This document shows, one piece after another, positions 1 to 9,929 of a DNA stretch of 64,000 bases. Below the pieces are notes generated by a model that was given only the letters and a program-made list of their open reading frames with translations, did no database searches and had not been told where the DNA came from. Made by a program: the position numbers and the translations under genes. How positions within the stretch are numbered: position 1 is the first letter of the stretch; every line of letters begins with the position of its first letter. The stretch spans positions 9,474-73,473 of the forward strand of contig JBDRNZ010000012.1 of assembly GCA_043810515.1 (NCBI GenBank). The letters run 5' to 3'. The stretch is from Candidatus Peregrinibacteria bacterium (GTDB lineage Bacteria > Patescibacteriota > Gracilibacteria > UBA1369 > LOWO2-01-FULL-3).

Positions 1-1695
1 CCATTCCGGACCGGAAATGGCTTTTAGGCCGAGCGCGGAAGCGAGGCCATTGAAGCTTATCAGCGCGTATATTATAAGCGCCGACAAAATAGCGGTGAGC
101 GTGAGATACAGGTTTTTCTTAAGTTTTGTTTTCATGACGGCGTTTGCTATCTGAATTGCTCCGAGCAGGACGAAGGCTGTCGTTGCCGATAAAGTCATTG
201 CGGGATCCGTTGGCGGCAGATGTTCTCCCATGATCCAGCCTTCTTTAAAGAGACTCCACAGGTAAACGCCGCTTATGACAGTTCCCATTACGAGGCCAGT
301 CGCAAGCAGGCTTGGCAGGACGTTTTTGTTTAAAAATTTGGTGTTTACCGGATGGTATTTTGGGGTCATAACATCTTCCTTTATGTAATCCGTTCTGAGC
401 GAGAGTTCGAGCGCGAGATTTACGAATATATCCAGCGTTATAAGCAGGCTTATGGACAGAGGTGTCGGCGCGGAGGTTAGCAGAGCTATCGTAAAAAGCG
501 TCAGTTCCGCTATTTTGCATGAGATGGCGTGGGCGTAGAATTTTTTGTGGTTTCTGTTTATGATACGGCCTTTTCTTATTCCTTCGACTGTTTCTTTAAA
601 TTTATTTTTGCTTCCTCTTCTTATAATTACAACGGTTTCACCCTGATCTCTTAAAATTTCTATTATTCTCATTTTGTCCTCCTCTTTCAGCTCCGCGAAA
701 ACGTAATCCTTTTCTTTGTTCTGCAGAAGTTTCGCGATTTTCTGATCCGGAAGTTTTCTCAAGTAATCTCCTGTCATGGCTTCGAAATACTGCGGGTTTA
801 TCAGTTTCAGAAGTTTTCCTATCGCTATGGCTTTTCTCTCTTTTGCTTTTGTCAGAATGTACAGCTTTATGCCGGCTTTTTTTGCGAGGTTTATAGTGGG
901 TTCCAGATCCGTGTTTAACGGGTTTGTGATGCCGACTACTCCGAGATATGTTTCGTCGTTTTCCGCAAATTGTTCCGTGTAATGATCAAGACGGCGGCGG
1001 GGGAGCGGTTTTATGGCGAATCCTATGGTTTTTTCACCGTTTTTGTTGAGATGATGGATTCTTTTGCGTATTTTTCTTAAGATTTGCGGTGTCAGATCCA
1101 CTTTTTTGCCGTCCAGAAAAGTTTTGGAACATTTTTTTATGACCTGAAGGGGATTGCCTTTTGTCAGCGAAAAAATTTCTTTTGTGTCTGAGGCCATTAC
1201 TATGACGGTGGACATTTTTTTACCGATATTTGCCGGTACCTGCGAAATTATCTCATAATTTTCTTTGGCTTTTTGTCTGCTGAATCCGCATGACGCAAAA
1301 AAATCATTTATTATTTTTTCTATGGGTTTGAGTTTCTCAAATTCGCAGAGATTTGTAATTAAGGCCATTTGCCCGAGGATTTCCTCTTCTTTGAGTTTGC
1401 TGCGCTGAATAAAAATGCTTTTCTCCTCTTTCTCATCCGTATTTTCGGTGTCCGTGATTTTTATGAGATCTTCGCTGTTTTCTATTTTGGCTTTATGTCT
1501 GTCGAAAAGGATGGTTCTTACTGCCATCGTGTCTTTCGTAAGCGTTTTTGTGAGGTTTGTGCAGATGGCTGTTGTGTTTCCGAGTTTCGGATTGTATTTC
1601 GAAAAAATTCTACCAAGAAAATTTATCAGTATCAGGCTTATTGGGATTGCCGACAGTGCCAGCGGGCCGATTTTTGATGTCAGGATGTCGTACAT
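1..1695 (-). CDS. Degenerate P-type ATPase homolog (partial, runs off left edge; not in ORF track)
   Basis: My translation from ATG 1695 stays open to base 1: MYDILTSKIGPLALSAIPISL...LGNTTAICTNLTKTLTKDTMAV...KKMSTV...TKGNPLQVIKKC...YLGVVGITNPL...KAISGPEW. It is colinear with the intact ATPase at 2378-4969 from TM4 onward, but DKTGT, TGD and GDGVND are lost. Confidence 0.8.
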   Translation of the reverse strand, partial: MYDILTSKIGPLALSAIPISLILINFLGRIFSKYNPKLGNTTAICTNLTKTLTKDTMAVRTILFDRHKAKIENSEDLIKITDTENTDEKEEKSIFIQRSKLKEEEILGQMALITNLCEFEKLKPIEKIINDFFASCGFSRQKAKENYEIISQVPANIGKKMSTVIVMASDTKEIFSLTKGNPLQVIKKCSKTFLDGKKVDLTPQILRKIRKRIHHLNKNGEKTIGFAIKPLPRRRLDHYTEQFAENDETYLGVVGITNPLNTDLEPTINLAKKAGIKLYILTKAKERKAIAIGKLLKLINPQYFEAMTGDYLRKLPDQKIAKLLQNKEKDYVFAELKEEDKMRIIEILRDQGETVVIIRRGSKNKFKETVEGIRKGRIINRNHKKFYAHAISCKIAELTLFTIALLTSAPTPLSISLLITLDIFVNLALELSLRTDYIKEDVMTPKYHPVNTKFLNKNVLPSLLATGLVMGTVISGVYLWSLFKEGWIMGEHLPPTDPAMTLSATTAFVLLGAIQIANAVMKTKLKKNLYLTLTAILSALIIYALISFNGLASALGLKAISGPEW

Positions 1696-2343
1696 TTATT
1701 TGAGTTTGCTTTTGCGCCAGGCCGAGATTTTTTTGTGATGGCCGGACATTAATACTTCCGGCACTTTTATTTCTTTAAAAACGGCTGGTCTGGTGTAGTG
1801 GGGATATTCCTTTTTTCTTTTTAACGCTTTTGAAAATGAATCCTGCTCGTGCGATTCCTCTTTTCCGAGAACTCCCGGGATAAGTCTTGAAACCGCGTCG
1901 ATGATTATCATTGCGGGCAGTTCGCCGCCCGTAAGCACGTATTTTCCGATTGAAATTTCCTCGTCTACAAGCGTGTCGCGGATTCTCTGGTCAATTCCTT
2001 CGTATCTTCCACAGAGAAGAATGATTTCTTTGTGTTTTGAGCTCAGGCGCTCGGCTTTTATCTGGGTGAAAACTTTTCCCTGAGGTGTCAGAAAAATCAC
2101 GGGGCCTTTGTTTTTCTTTTTGACGTGAGTTATTGCATCGTAAAGAGGCTGAGGTGTCATTACCATGCCTGCTCCGCCGCCGAAGGGTACGTCGTCAACT
2201 TTTTTGTGTTTGTCGGTCGAAAATTTTCTGATGTCGTGGACGTGGATATCGATAAGGCTACGAGATTTTGCGCGTTTTAAAATACTCTCCGAAAGGTAGG
2301 ATTCAAAAATTCCCGGGAAAATTGTAAGTATGTCGAAACGCAT
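1696..2343 (-). CDS. trmD: tRNA (guanine37-N1)-methyltransferase
   Basis: MRFDILTIFP, VDDVPFGGGAGMVM, LCGRYEGIDQR, SIGKYVLTGGE, YPHYTRP motifs. Confidence 0.97.
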   Translation of the reverse strand: MRFDILTIFPGIFESYLSESILKRAKSRSLIDIHVHDIRKFSTDKHKKVDDVPFGGGAGMVMTPQPLYDAITHVKKKNKGPVIFLTPQGKVFTQIKAERLSSKHKEIILLCGRYEGIDQRIRDTLVDEEISIGKYVLTGGELPAMIIIDAVSRLIPGVLGKEESHEQDSFSKALKRKKEYPHYTRPAVFKEIKVPEVLMSGHHKKISAWRKSKLK

Positions 2344-2377
2344 GGCACGTAAAAGATAATGGAGAATCCGGAATTAT

Positions 2378-4969
2378 TCAATGCCTTACTTGCCTTGCCC
2401 TTGCTCCGTTTGCGAAGATTTTTTTGATGATTTCGGTGGTTTTTGGGACTAGGAAGGCCATGCAGGCGAGAAGCATTACTACGAGCCATTCTTTTGCAGA
2501 GAGTGGTACCGTTTTGAAAACCGTCTGCATAAATGGTGTGTAAATCATGAAGAGTTGCAGGATGAACGAGACGAGCGTGGCGAATATCAGATATTTGTTT
2601 GAAAGGAAGGATCTCAGGGTTATCGATTTTTCCTCTTTGCATACGAATACGAACAAAAGCTCGAACATGACTATTTGTGTGAATACTAGTGTTCTTGCGT
2701 GAGACGGATCGGAAAGGACTGACGTGTTTATGCCTGAAGCTGAATCTATGTCGAGTCCGTAAAAATATATAGTCAGGTTGGCGACTGTTTGGTATATGAC
2801 TGCTACCATTATGAAGCCGAAAAATTTTCTGAAAATATTTTCCTCCTTTGGGTGTGGAGGTGCTGTCATTATGTCTTTTGCGGCCTTGGACCGGCCAAGC
2901 GCGAGCGCGGGAAGGGCATCTGTGGCTATGTTTATCCACAAAATTTGAAGGGGGAGGATCGGTAAAGGAAGGCCTATTATTGTGAGTATACCTACGGCTG
3001 TTATTGAATCGTAATTGGCAGACAGCATGTATTTTATGAAGGCGAGGATGTTGTGGTAGATACGGCGGCCTTCTTCTATAGTATTTACGATTGTCGTAAA
3101 ATTATCGTCTTTCAGGATGATATCCGCGACTTCCTTTGTTGCTTCTGTTCCTTTTATTCCCATTGCGATGCCAACGTCGCCATGTTTCAGCGCGGGCGCG
3201 TCGTTTACACCGTCTCCGGTGACTGCCACCACTTCGTGCTGGCGTTTGAGAATATCCACTATTCTGTATTTATGCTGGGGCGATGTTCTTGCGAATATTT
3301 CGGTGTTTTCCAGGGCTTTTCGCAGCTGGCTGTCACTCATTTTATCGATCTGGTCACCTGTGAGTATATTGTTTACCTTCAGACCTATCTGTCCTCCGAC
3401 GGCTGCTGCCGTAATTGGATTGTCCCCTGTGATGATTCTTATTTTGATGCCGGCTTTCTGGGCTATTCTTATTGAGGATTTTACGGTTTTTCTTGGAGGA
3501 TCCATCATTCCGACTATTCCGACAAATATCATGTCGTTTTCATCAAAACGGTCTTTGTAGGGCTTGTACGCGAATGCCAGAACTCTGAGTGCTTCTTTTG
3601 CATATTTTTCAACCGTTTCCTGGTAGGTTTTTATGTGAGAGGGGAGTAGTTTTACGATTTTTCCGTTCAGATATATGTATTTGCATCTTTTTATTATTTC
3701 TTCGAATGCCCCTTTTGACATTATTTCCTTTTTTGAGCCAGTCTGGTGCAGGGAGCTCATCATTTTTCTTTCCGAGGTGAATACGATTTCGTCAATTTCT
3801 TTGTAGGCTCTGACGAATCCGGCTTTTCGCGCGAGGACTTTTAAAGCGATTTCGGTCGGGTCGCCGAGGACTTCTCTGTCCACGAAGGCGTTGTTGCAGT
3901 TTTCGCATATTTCCAGCAGTTTTTTTTCTTCTTTAGTCGCGAGTCTTATTCTGTTTTTTTTGAAGTCATATCCAACTCCGGGGATTGATTGTTCGTGGAA
4001 GGATGTGTTTATTATTTTGACAGTCATTTCGTTGAGCGTGAGAGTGCCGGTTTTGTCGGAACAGATTATCGTTGTCGCGCCGAGCGTTTCGATGGCGGTC
4101 ATTTTTCTCACGATTGCTTTTTTTCTTGCCAGTATCTGTACTCCCATCGCGAGCGTCAGGGTGACTATTATTGGCATTCCTTCAGGTATAGCGGAAACGC
4201 CGAGCGCAACGGAGGTCATCAGCATGTGTATAAGGGAAATCCCTCTTATTGTCCCGAGTATGAAAAGAATTATTACGAGCAGTAATATTACCAGTCCAAC
4301 TTTTTTACCCAGATTGTTCAGCTGGTTTGTGAGAGGTGAACTGAGGCGGGACTGTTTTGATACGAGATTTACTATTTTCCCGAACTCTGTCTGCATTCCG
4401 ATGCTGAGTACTCTGGCATGCGCTCTGCCGGCTGTTATTAATGTGCCGCCAAAAAGTTTTCCTTCTTTTCCTTTCGATTTTTTTTTGTAAACCGGGGCGC
4501 TTTCACCCGTAAGGACGGATTCATCAACTCTAAGCGAATACGACTTTATAATTTCCAGATCCGCCGGAATTTTTTCCCCTTCTGAAAGCAGAACCAGGTC
4601 ACCAGGAACCAGTTCTTTTACGGAAATTTCCATTTCCTGACTGTTTCTTATTACTATCGCTGTTGGTACTATCATCTTTTTCAGTGCTTTTACCGCGTTT
4701 TCAGCTTTGTATTCCTGAATAAATCCGATAATCGCGTTCATTACGACGATTGCGAAAATGGCTATGCCATCCACAATTTCATTAAGCAGGATGGAGATTG
4801 TGCCCGCGATGATCAAAATCAGTATCAAAAAGGATGTGAACTGCGAAAGAAAGATTTTGAGGGTTTTGTATTCTCTTTTAGTTACAAATTCGTTGTAGCC
4901 GAATTTTTCACGTAATGATCTTACTTCCTGTGTGGTAAGGCCTGTTTCCGTAAAGCTTTGGTTTGACAT
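2378..4969 (-). CDS. Cation-transporting P-type ATPase (P2A-like, Ca2+/cation)
   Basis: TGES, IPEGMP, CSDKTGTLT, KGAFE, MDPPR, ITGDN, TGDGVNDAPALK, ILWINIATD. ATG 4969 preferred over the TTG at 4990. Confidence 0.93.
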   Translation of the reverse strand: MSNQSFTETGLTTQEVRSLREKFGYNEFVTKREYKTLKIFLSQFTSFLILILIIAGTISILLNEIVDGIAIFAIVVMNAIIGFIQEYKAENAVKALKKMIVPTAIVIRNSQEMEISVKELVPGDLVLLSEGEKIPADLEIIKSYSLRVDESVLTGESAPVYKKKSKGKEGKLFGGTLITAGRAHARVLSIGMQTEFGKIVNLVSKQSRLSSPLTNQLNNLGKKVGLVILLLVIILFILGTIRGISLIHMLMTSVALGVSAIPEGMPIIVTLTLAMGVQILARKKAIVRKMTAIETLGATTIICSDKTGTLTLNEMTVKIINTSFHEQSIPGVGYDFKKNRIRLATKEEKKLLEICENCNNAFVDREVLGDPTEIALKVLARKAGFVRAYKEIDEIVFTSERKMMSSLHQTGSKKEIMSKGAFEEIIKRCKYIYLNGKIVKLLPSHIKTYQETVEKYAKEALRVLAFAYKPYKDRFDENDMIFVGIVGMMDPPRKTVKSSIRIAQKAGIKIRIITGDNPITAAAVGGQIGLKVNNILTGDQIDKMSDSQLRKALENTEIFARTSPQHKYRIVDILKRQHEVVAVTGDGVNDAPALKHGDVGIAMGIKGTEATKEVADIILKDDNFTTIVNTIEEGRRIYHNILAFIKYMLSANYDSITAVGILTIIGLPLPILPLQILWINIATDALPALALGRSKAAKDIMTAPPHPKEENIFRKFFGFIMVAVIYQTVANLTIYFYGLDIDSASGINTSVLSDPSHARTLVFTQIVMFELLFVFVCKEEKSITLRSFLSNKYLIFATLVSFILQLFMIYTPFMQTVFKTVPLSAKEWLVVMLLACMAFLVPKTTEIIKKIFANGARARQVRH

Positions 4970-5046
4970 AGGAATTTTCGAGTAACCCAAGAGGTTCTTT
5001 CGTCAATTCTACCAAAGTTTTTTTAAAAAAGGAATAAAGGTGAGAT

Positions 5047-5469
5047 TTAACGTTTGCTGAATTGCGGACCTTTTCGTGCGCGTTTCAGTCCGTATTTCTT
5101 TCGTTCCTTGATTCTTGAATCGCGTGTAAGCATGCCGGCTTTTCTGAGTGTTGGCTTTGAAAGCGGATCGGCTTCTATCAAAGCTTTCGCAATTCCGTGA
5201 CGGATTGCTTCCGCCTGTGAGGTTACTCCTCCGCCCATCACCTTTGCCGTTACATTGTATTTCTGACTCGTGCCCGTGGCCTTAAATGGAGATTTGATAA
5301 GTCCTATGAGGGATTTTACTGTAATGTATTTATTTGCCGGTTTTTCGTTTATCGTAATTTCTCCTGTGCCTTTGTAGAGTCTAACCCTTGCTATAGAGGA
5401 TTTTCTTTTTCCGTTCGCGTGATAATATTTTCCTTTTGGTGCTGATTGTGCGCTTTTAGTGTCTGGCAT
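5047..5469 (-). CDS. rpsI: 30S ribosomal protein S9
   Basis: GKRKSSIARV, GGGVTSQAEAIRHG, C-terminal KERKKYGLKRARKGPQFSKR. Confidence 0.97.
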   Translation of the reverse strand: MPDTKSAQSAPKGKYYHANGKRKSSIARVRLYKGTGEITINEKPANKYITVKSLIGLIKSPFKATGTSQKYNVTAKVMGGGVTSQAEAIRHGIAKALIEADPLSKPTLRKAGMLTRDSRIKERKKYGLKRARKGPQFSKR

Positions 5470-5479
5470 TTTTTGGATA

Positions 5480-5908
5480 TTAAATTTCTAATACTTGTGG
5501 CTGCTGGGCTTCATGTGGATGATCTTCTCCTGCGTAGAGTTTTAGTTTTTTCATCATTTCTTTACGCAGTTTATTTTTTGGAAGCATTCCTCTTACCGCC
5601 AGAGAGAGAGCTTTTGTAGGTTTTCTCTCCATCAATCTTCCCGCTTTTTCTTCCTTTAAGCCGCCCGGATATCCCGAATGCGTATAATATATTTTCTTTT
5701 CCAGTTTATTTCCCGAAAGTTTTATTTTCTCGGAATTTATCACGACAACAAAATCTCCGCAGTCCATATGTGGTGAAAACGTTGGTTTGTCTTTTCCTCT
5801 GAGCTTATTTGCGATTATTACCGCAAGATGCCCGAGTCCTTTGTCCTTTGCGTCGATCAGGTACCATTTCTTAGTCAACTCTGATTTTTTGCTGATAAAA
5901 GTTTTCAT
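5480..5908 (-). CDS. rplM: 50S ribosomal protein L13
   Basis: [42 protein letters not shown]. Confidence 0.97.
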   Translation of the reverse strand: MKTFISKKSELTKKWYLIDAKDKGLGHLAVIIANKLRGKDKPTFSPHMDCGDFVVVINSEKIKLSGNKLEKKIYYTHSGYPGGLKEEKAGRLMERKPTKALSLAVRGMLPKNKLRKEMMKKLKLYAGEDHPHEAQQPQVLEI

Positions 5909-5912
5909 GATT

Positions 5913-6266
5913 TTATATTAGTTCGATTTGTACCACCGGCGCGTTGTCGCCTTTTCTATAGCCTAGCCTTGTGATTCTAGTGTAGCCGGAATTTCTGTCT
6001 TTGTATTTTTCCACAAGCACTTCAAAAATTTTCTTAGAACTGTTCTGATGTTGCAGAAGTTTTTCAATTTCTCTTATGGAGGCTACGCGATCTTTCCGTT
6101 TCGCGATATTTATAAGTCTTTCCACGAAAGGCTGTGTCATTTTGGCTCTGTGTTCGGTTGTTTTTACTTTTTCGTAAATTATTACCGCCATTGCGAGATT
6201 TCTCAACATGGATGTTGTATGTCCCTTGTTTACTCCCAGTTTTACTTTTTTTACCTTGTGTCTCAT
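5913..6266 (-). CDS. rplQ: 50S ribosomal protein L17
   Basis: [25 protein letters not shown]; follows rpoA. Confidence 0.96.
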   Translation of the reverse strand: MRHKVKKVKLGVNKGHTTSMLRNLAMAVIIYEKVKTTEHRAKMTQPFVERLINIAKRKDRVASIREIEKLLQHQNSSKKIFEVLVEKYKDRNSGYTRITRLGYRKGDNAPVVQIELI

Positions 6267-6278
6267 TTTAAAATTGTT

Positions 6279-7253
6279 TTATTCCTCTGAAAGTGACAGG
6301 CCTTTTTTCTCAAGTGCGGATTTTACTTCCGTTAGCGCCTTTTTGCCAAATCCACGGAGATTTGTCAACTTACTTTCCGTGCATTTTGAAAGTTGTTCAA
6401 TTGAACCGATTCCTCCGTTTATCAAAGCATTAAGCGTTCTTGGCGAAAAGCCGAGAATTTCTATAGGTGTATATGATTCCTGGGCAGGTTTTGCGGCTTC
6501 CTCCTCTTTTTCCTTTTCTATAATTGATTTTATGTCCGATACGTATTCATGTTCGACCATGATGTTTTCCATGTTGAACAGGTTGAAGTAAGAATTCAGC
6601 ATGTTTGAAGCGAATTTCAAAGCTTCGTCCGGTGACATCGTTCCATCCGTCAAAACTTCCAGTATGAGTTTGTCCAGGTTTGTCATTTGTCCGACACGTG
6701 TCGCCTCTACGTCATATCTTACTTTTCTGACCGGGGTGTATATTGCGTCAAGCAGAACGATGTTTGGATCTTTTTCTTCTTTTTGTCTTACCGTTGCAGG
6801 AATGTAGCCCACTCCTTTCTCGATGCGCATTTCTATTTTTAATTTCGAATCTTTTTCGATTGTTGCAATATGAAGGTCCGGAGTCATGATTTCGACATCA
6901 GAAGGGCATTTTATGCTTTTCGCAAAGATTTTTCCTGCTTTTGATGTTTCGAGAGTTATCGTTGATGGTTCTTTTGTCATTTTTTTAATATCGAGCTGTT
7001 TCAGGTTTAGCGTGATATCCAGGACGCTTTCTTTTACACCTTTTACTGTCGAATATTCGTGGCTTATTCCATCAATTTTTATTCCTGTTACGCATGCGCC
7101 TGGGAGTGATGATAGCAGTATTCTTCTTAAGGCATTTCCCAATGTTACTCCATAACCCGTGGGTAGCGGTTCCATTATAAATATCGCATGGTTTTTTCCC
7201 AGAGTTTCGGTTTTAATTTTGGGAATTCCTATTTCTTCTTGAATTAAATGCAT
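6279..7253 (-). CDS. rpoA: RNA polymerase alpha subunit
   Basis: EPLPTGYGVTLGNALRRILLSSLPG, HEYST, RVGQMTNLDKL, alpha-CTD LRGFGKKAL. Confidence 0.97.
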   Translation of the reverse strand: MHLIQEEIGIPKIKTETLGKNHAIFIMEPLPTGYGVTLGNALRRILLSSLPGACVTGIKIDGISHEYSTVKGVKESVLDITLNLKQLDIKKMTKEPSTITLETSKAGKIFAKSIKCPSDVEIMTPDLHIATIEKDSKLKIEMRIEKGVGYIPATVRQKEEKDPNIVLLDAIYTPVRKVRYDVEATRVGQMTNLDKLILEVLTDGTMSPDEALKFASNMLNSYFNLFNMENIMVEHEYVSDIKSIIEKEKEEEAAKPAQESYTPIEILGFSPRTLNALINGGIGSIEQLSKCTESKLTNLRGFGKKALTEVKSALEKKGLSLSEE

Positions 7254-7286
7254 TTTTTATTGTTTATGATATATGGAAATGAGGCT

Positions 7287-7901
7287 TTATTTAGAATAAA
7301 ATTCTGTTATCAGCTGGCTTTCCACAGCTTGTTCTATGTCATCCTTATCCGGAAGCGCCACTACTTCTCCTTTTAGACTTGATAGGTCGCCTTTTATCCA
7401 TTTTGGTGGCTTGACCTTGTCTTTTTTTGCATTTTCAAACAATTTTGAATCTTTTCTTTTGTTGCGTACCTCAAATATGTCCCCGATTTTTACCTGTATT
7501 GATGGAACTTTTGCTTTTTTGTTATTCAGAAGCATTAGTCCGTGGCTGACCATTTGCCTGGCCTGTGCTCTGGTTGATGCTATTCCAGCTCTGAATATTA
7601 CGTTGTCCAGTCTCTGTTCAAGCAATTTCATGTATTTTTCGCCTGTCATTTCGTTGCTTTTTGTCGCTATTTCATAGTATTTCCTCGACTGTCTTTCGCT
7701 GATGCCGTACATATTTCTGGCTTTCTGTTTTTCCTGCAACTGCTTGTTGTATTCGGACAGCTGTGTAAAATGCTTTTGTCCATGTTCTCCGGGTTTGTAG
7801 CGTTTGCGGTTGTAGGCTTTTGTTTTACTTTCTCCGTTTGTGAAAAGTATCAACCCCAGTCTTCTTGATATTCTTGTTATTGGCCCTCTGTATCGTGACA
7901 T
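7287..7901 (-). CDS. rpsD: 30S ribosomal protein S4
   Basis: MSRYRGP, PGEHG, LEQRLDNVIFR, EFYSK. Confidence 0.97.
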   Translation of the reverse strand: MSRYRGPITRISRRLGLILFTNGESKTKAYNRKRYKPGEHGQKHFTQLSEYNKQLQEKQKARNMYGISERQSRKYYEIATKSNEMTGEKYMKLLEQRLDNVIFRAGIASTRAQARQMVSHGLMLLNNKKAKVPSIQVKIGDIFEVRNKRKDSKLFENAKKDKVKPPKWIKGDLSSLKGEVVALPDKDDIEQAVESQLITEFYSK

Positions 7902-7920
7902 TGATAATTATTATTATAAA

Positions 7921-8328
7921 TTATATTCTGCGCTGTTTTCTTTGTCTGCAGCCATTATGCGGGATTGGTGTCAGATCGCTTATTGAGAGAATGTCCAGGC
8001 CTGCTGCGACAAGTCCTCTTATGGCCTGTTCACGTCCCGTGCCTACTCCTTTTACAAATACATGCACGTGTTCAAGTCCGAAAACTTTTGATTTTTCTAC
8101 CGCGTTTTCCGCTGATATTTGTGCTGCGTAAGGCGTTGATTTTCTAGCGCCTTTGAAGCCGCTTCCTCCCGCGCTGCTCCAGGCTATCACGTTTCCGTTC
8201 GGTTCCGTGAGCGTTACAATAGTGTTATTGTAAGATGCCTGAATATGCGCGTTTCCAACCGGAACGCTTCTTCTTCGTGCTTTGGTCTTTTTTTTCGCTT
8301 TAACTTCGGTTTTTTTCTCCTCTGCCAT
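7921..8328 (-). CDS. rpsK: 30S ribosomal protein S11
   Basis: [32 protein letters not shown]. Confidence 0.97.
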   Translation of the reverse strand: MAEEKKTEVKAKKKTKARRRSVPVGNAHIQASYNNTIVTLTEPNGNVIAWSSAGGSGFKGARKSTPYAAQISAENAVEKSKVFGLEHVHVFVKGVGTGREQAIRGLVAAGLDILSISDLTPIPHNGCRQRKQRRI

Positions 8329-8341
8329 AAATGAAAAATTA

Positions 8342-8716
8342 TTATTTGGTTACAATCTTTTTGTTTGCGACTGTCTTTTTCTTTCCTTTTCTTGTTCGTG
8401 CATTGTATCTCGTTCTCTGGCCTCTTACCGGCAAGCCTTTTTTATGTCTGAAACCTCTGTAGGATCCAATTTCCTGCAGGCGTTTTATATCTATCGCTAC
8501 TTTTCTTCTCAAGTCTCCTTCTGTCGGAACTTTATCTATTACCTCTCTCAGAACCGTTACCTCTTTTTCAGATAAGTCCTGGACTTTTTTGTCCATGTCG
8601 ATATTCACATCTTTAAGAATTTTGCGGCTTAGACTTCTTCCTATTCCATGAATTTCGGTCAGCGCAGTTTCTATCCTTTTTTCTTTCGGTAGATTTACTC
8701 CGGCTATACGCGCCAT
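8342..8716 (-). CDS. rpsM: 30S ribosomal protein S13
   Basis: [28 protein letters not shown]. Confidence 0.97.
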   Translation of the reverse strand: MARIAGVNLPKEKRIETALTEIHGIGRSLSRKILKDVNIDMDKKVQDLSEKEVTVLREVIDKVPTEGDLRRKVAIDIKRLQEIGSYRGFRHKKGLPVRGQRTRYNARTRKGKKKTVANKKIVTK

Positions 8717-8739
8717 TTGATTATGCGATTAAGATTTAA

Positions 8740-8853
8740 TTAACCCTGTCTTTGTTTATGTCTTTTGTTTTTACAGATAACCCTGACTACTCCCTTTCGG
8801 CGGATAATCTGACACTTTTGGCATATTGTTTTTACTGATGCTCGGACTTTCAT
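8740..8853 (-). CDS. rpmJ: 50S ribosomal protein L36 (below ORF-track cutoff)
   Basis: My translation [37 protein letters not shown]; canonical position between infA and rpsM. Confidence 0.96.
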   Translation of the reverse strand: MKVRASVKTICQKCQIIRRKGVVRVICKNKRHKQRQG

Positions 8854-8855
8854 AA

Positions 8856-9086
8856 TTATTTGTGTCTGTAGGTTATTCTTCCTTTTGATAGATCATATGT
8901 GCTTAACTGAATTGTCACCTTGTCTCCCGGGAGGATTTTTATATAATTCATCCTCATTTTTCCCGACAGATGAGCTGTTACCGTTATGTCTTTATAATTC
9001 TCGTCATCCAATCTTACTCTGAAAGTGGCATTTGGCAATGGCTCGATCACTGTTCCTATTACTTCGATGATATCCTCTCTTTCCAT
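8856..9086 (-). CDS. infA: Translation initiation factor IF-1
   Basis: [39 protein letters not shown]. Confidence 0.97.
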   Translation of the reverse strand: MEREDIIEVIGTVIEPLPNATFRVRLDDENYKDITVTAHLSGKMRMNYIKILPGDKVTIQLSTYDLSKGRITYRHK

Positions 9087-9176
9087 GTAAAATTACCCTT
9101 TTTAAGTGCAAAGCGGTAGGATTTTACATTACTTATTTGGGTGATGCGATAGAATTTTTGCAAAATTTTTGGGTTT

Positions 9177-9929
9177 TTATACTTTTGTCAGCACTTCCGT
9201 GCCATTTCGGGTAATCAATATTGTGTTTTCAACCTGAATTGCGTTTGAGCCGTCTACCGTTACGATTGTCCAGCCGTCAGAAAGTGTTTTCATTTCCGAT
9301 GTTCCAACTGAAAATATAGGTTCTATAGCTAGCGTCATTCCTTCCCGAAGTACCGGCCCGGGTATGCCTTCCCAGAAATTTGTGACTATGGGATCTTCGT
9401 GCAGGTTTTTTCCAACCCCGTGTCCCGTAAGATCGCGAATTATGTGGAATCCCGCTTTTTCGACGATTTCCTGTATTTTTTCTCCTATTTTGTTTAAATG
9501 CGTGCCTGGTTTTGCCAGATTTATTGCTTCTTCCAGGGCTATTTCGGCGGTGCGGATGAGTTTTTCTTTTTCCGGCGAAATGGGGCCGATGCCTTTTGCT
9601 CTTGCGGCGTCCGTGTACATGTCGTTCATGATTACTCCGCAGTCTATCTTGAGCAGATCTCCTTCTTTTAATATTTCGTCTTCTTTTGGAATTCCGTGGA
9701 CGATTATGTCGTTTATGGACGTGCAGAGGGTTGCTGGATAGCCTTTATATCCTTTAAATCCCGGTTTTGCGTTTGCGGCCAGTATCAGATTTTCAGCCAG
9801 CCGGTCGAGTTCGTATGTTGATACTCCGGCTTTCGCGTAGGAAAGGACGCTTTCGAGCACTTCGGCGAGAATTTTTCCGCCGCGGCGCATGCTGTTTATT
9901 TCATATTCGGTTTTTAGGGGGATTGCCAT
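9177..9929 (-). CDS. map: Methionine aminopeptidase type I
   Basis: CTSINDIIVHGIP, IDCG, TGHGVGKNLHEDP, AIEP, VENTI. Confidence 0.96.
   Translation of the reverse strand: MAIPLKTEYEINSMRRGGKILAEVLESVLSYAKAGVSTYELDRLAENLILAANAKPGFKGYKGYPATLCTSINDIIVHGIPKEDEILKEGDLLKIDCGVIMNDMYTDAARAKGIGPISPEKEKLIRTAEIALEEAINLAKPGTHLNKIGEKIQEIVEKAGFHIIRDLTGHGVGKNLHEDPIVTNFWEGIPGPVLREGMTLAIEPIFSVGTSEMKTLSDGWTIVTVDGSNAIQVENTILITRNGTEVLTKV

Noticed and set aside
245-1738. ORF-track calls 245..520, 776..982, 1369..1677 and 1415..1738
   Set aside because: Off-frame or antisense shadows of the long minus-strand ATPase-like ORF 1-1695, which the track missed because it has no stop in the window.
9085-9129. Imperfect inverted repeat ATGTAAAAT...ATTTTACAT upstream of infA
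   Set aside because: AT-rich, and one arm overlaps the probable -10 so it would not be transcribed; plausible by chance.
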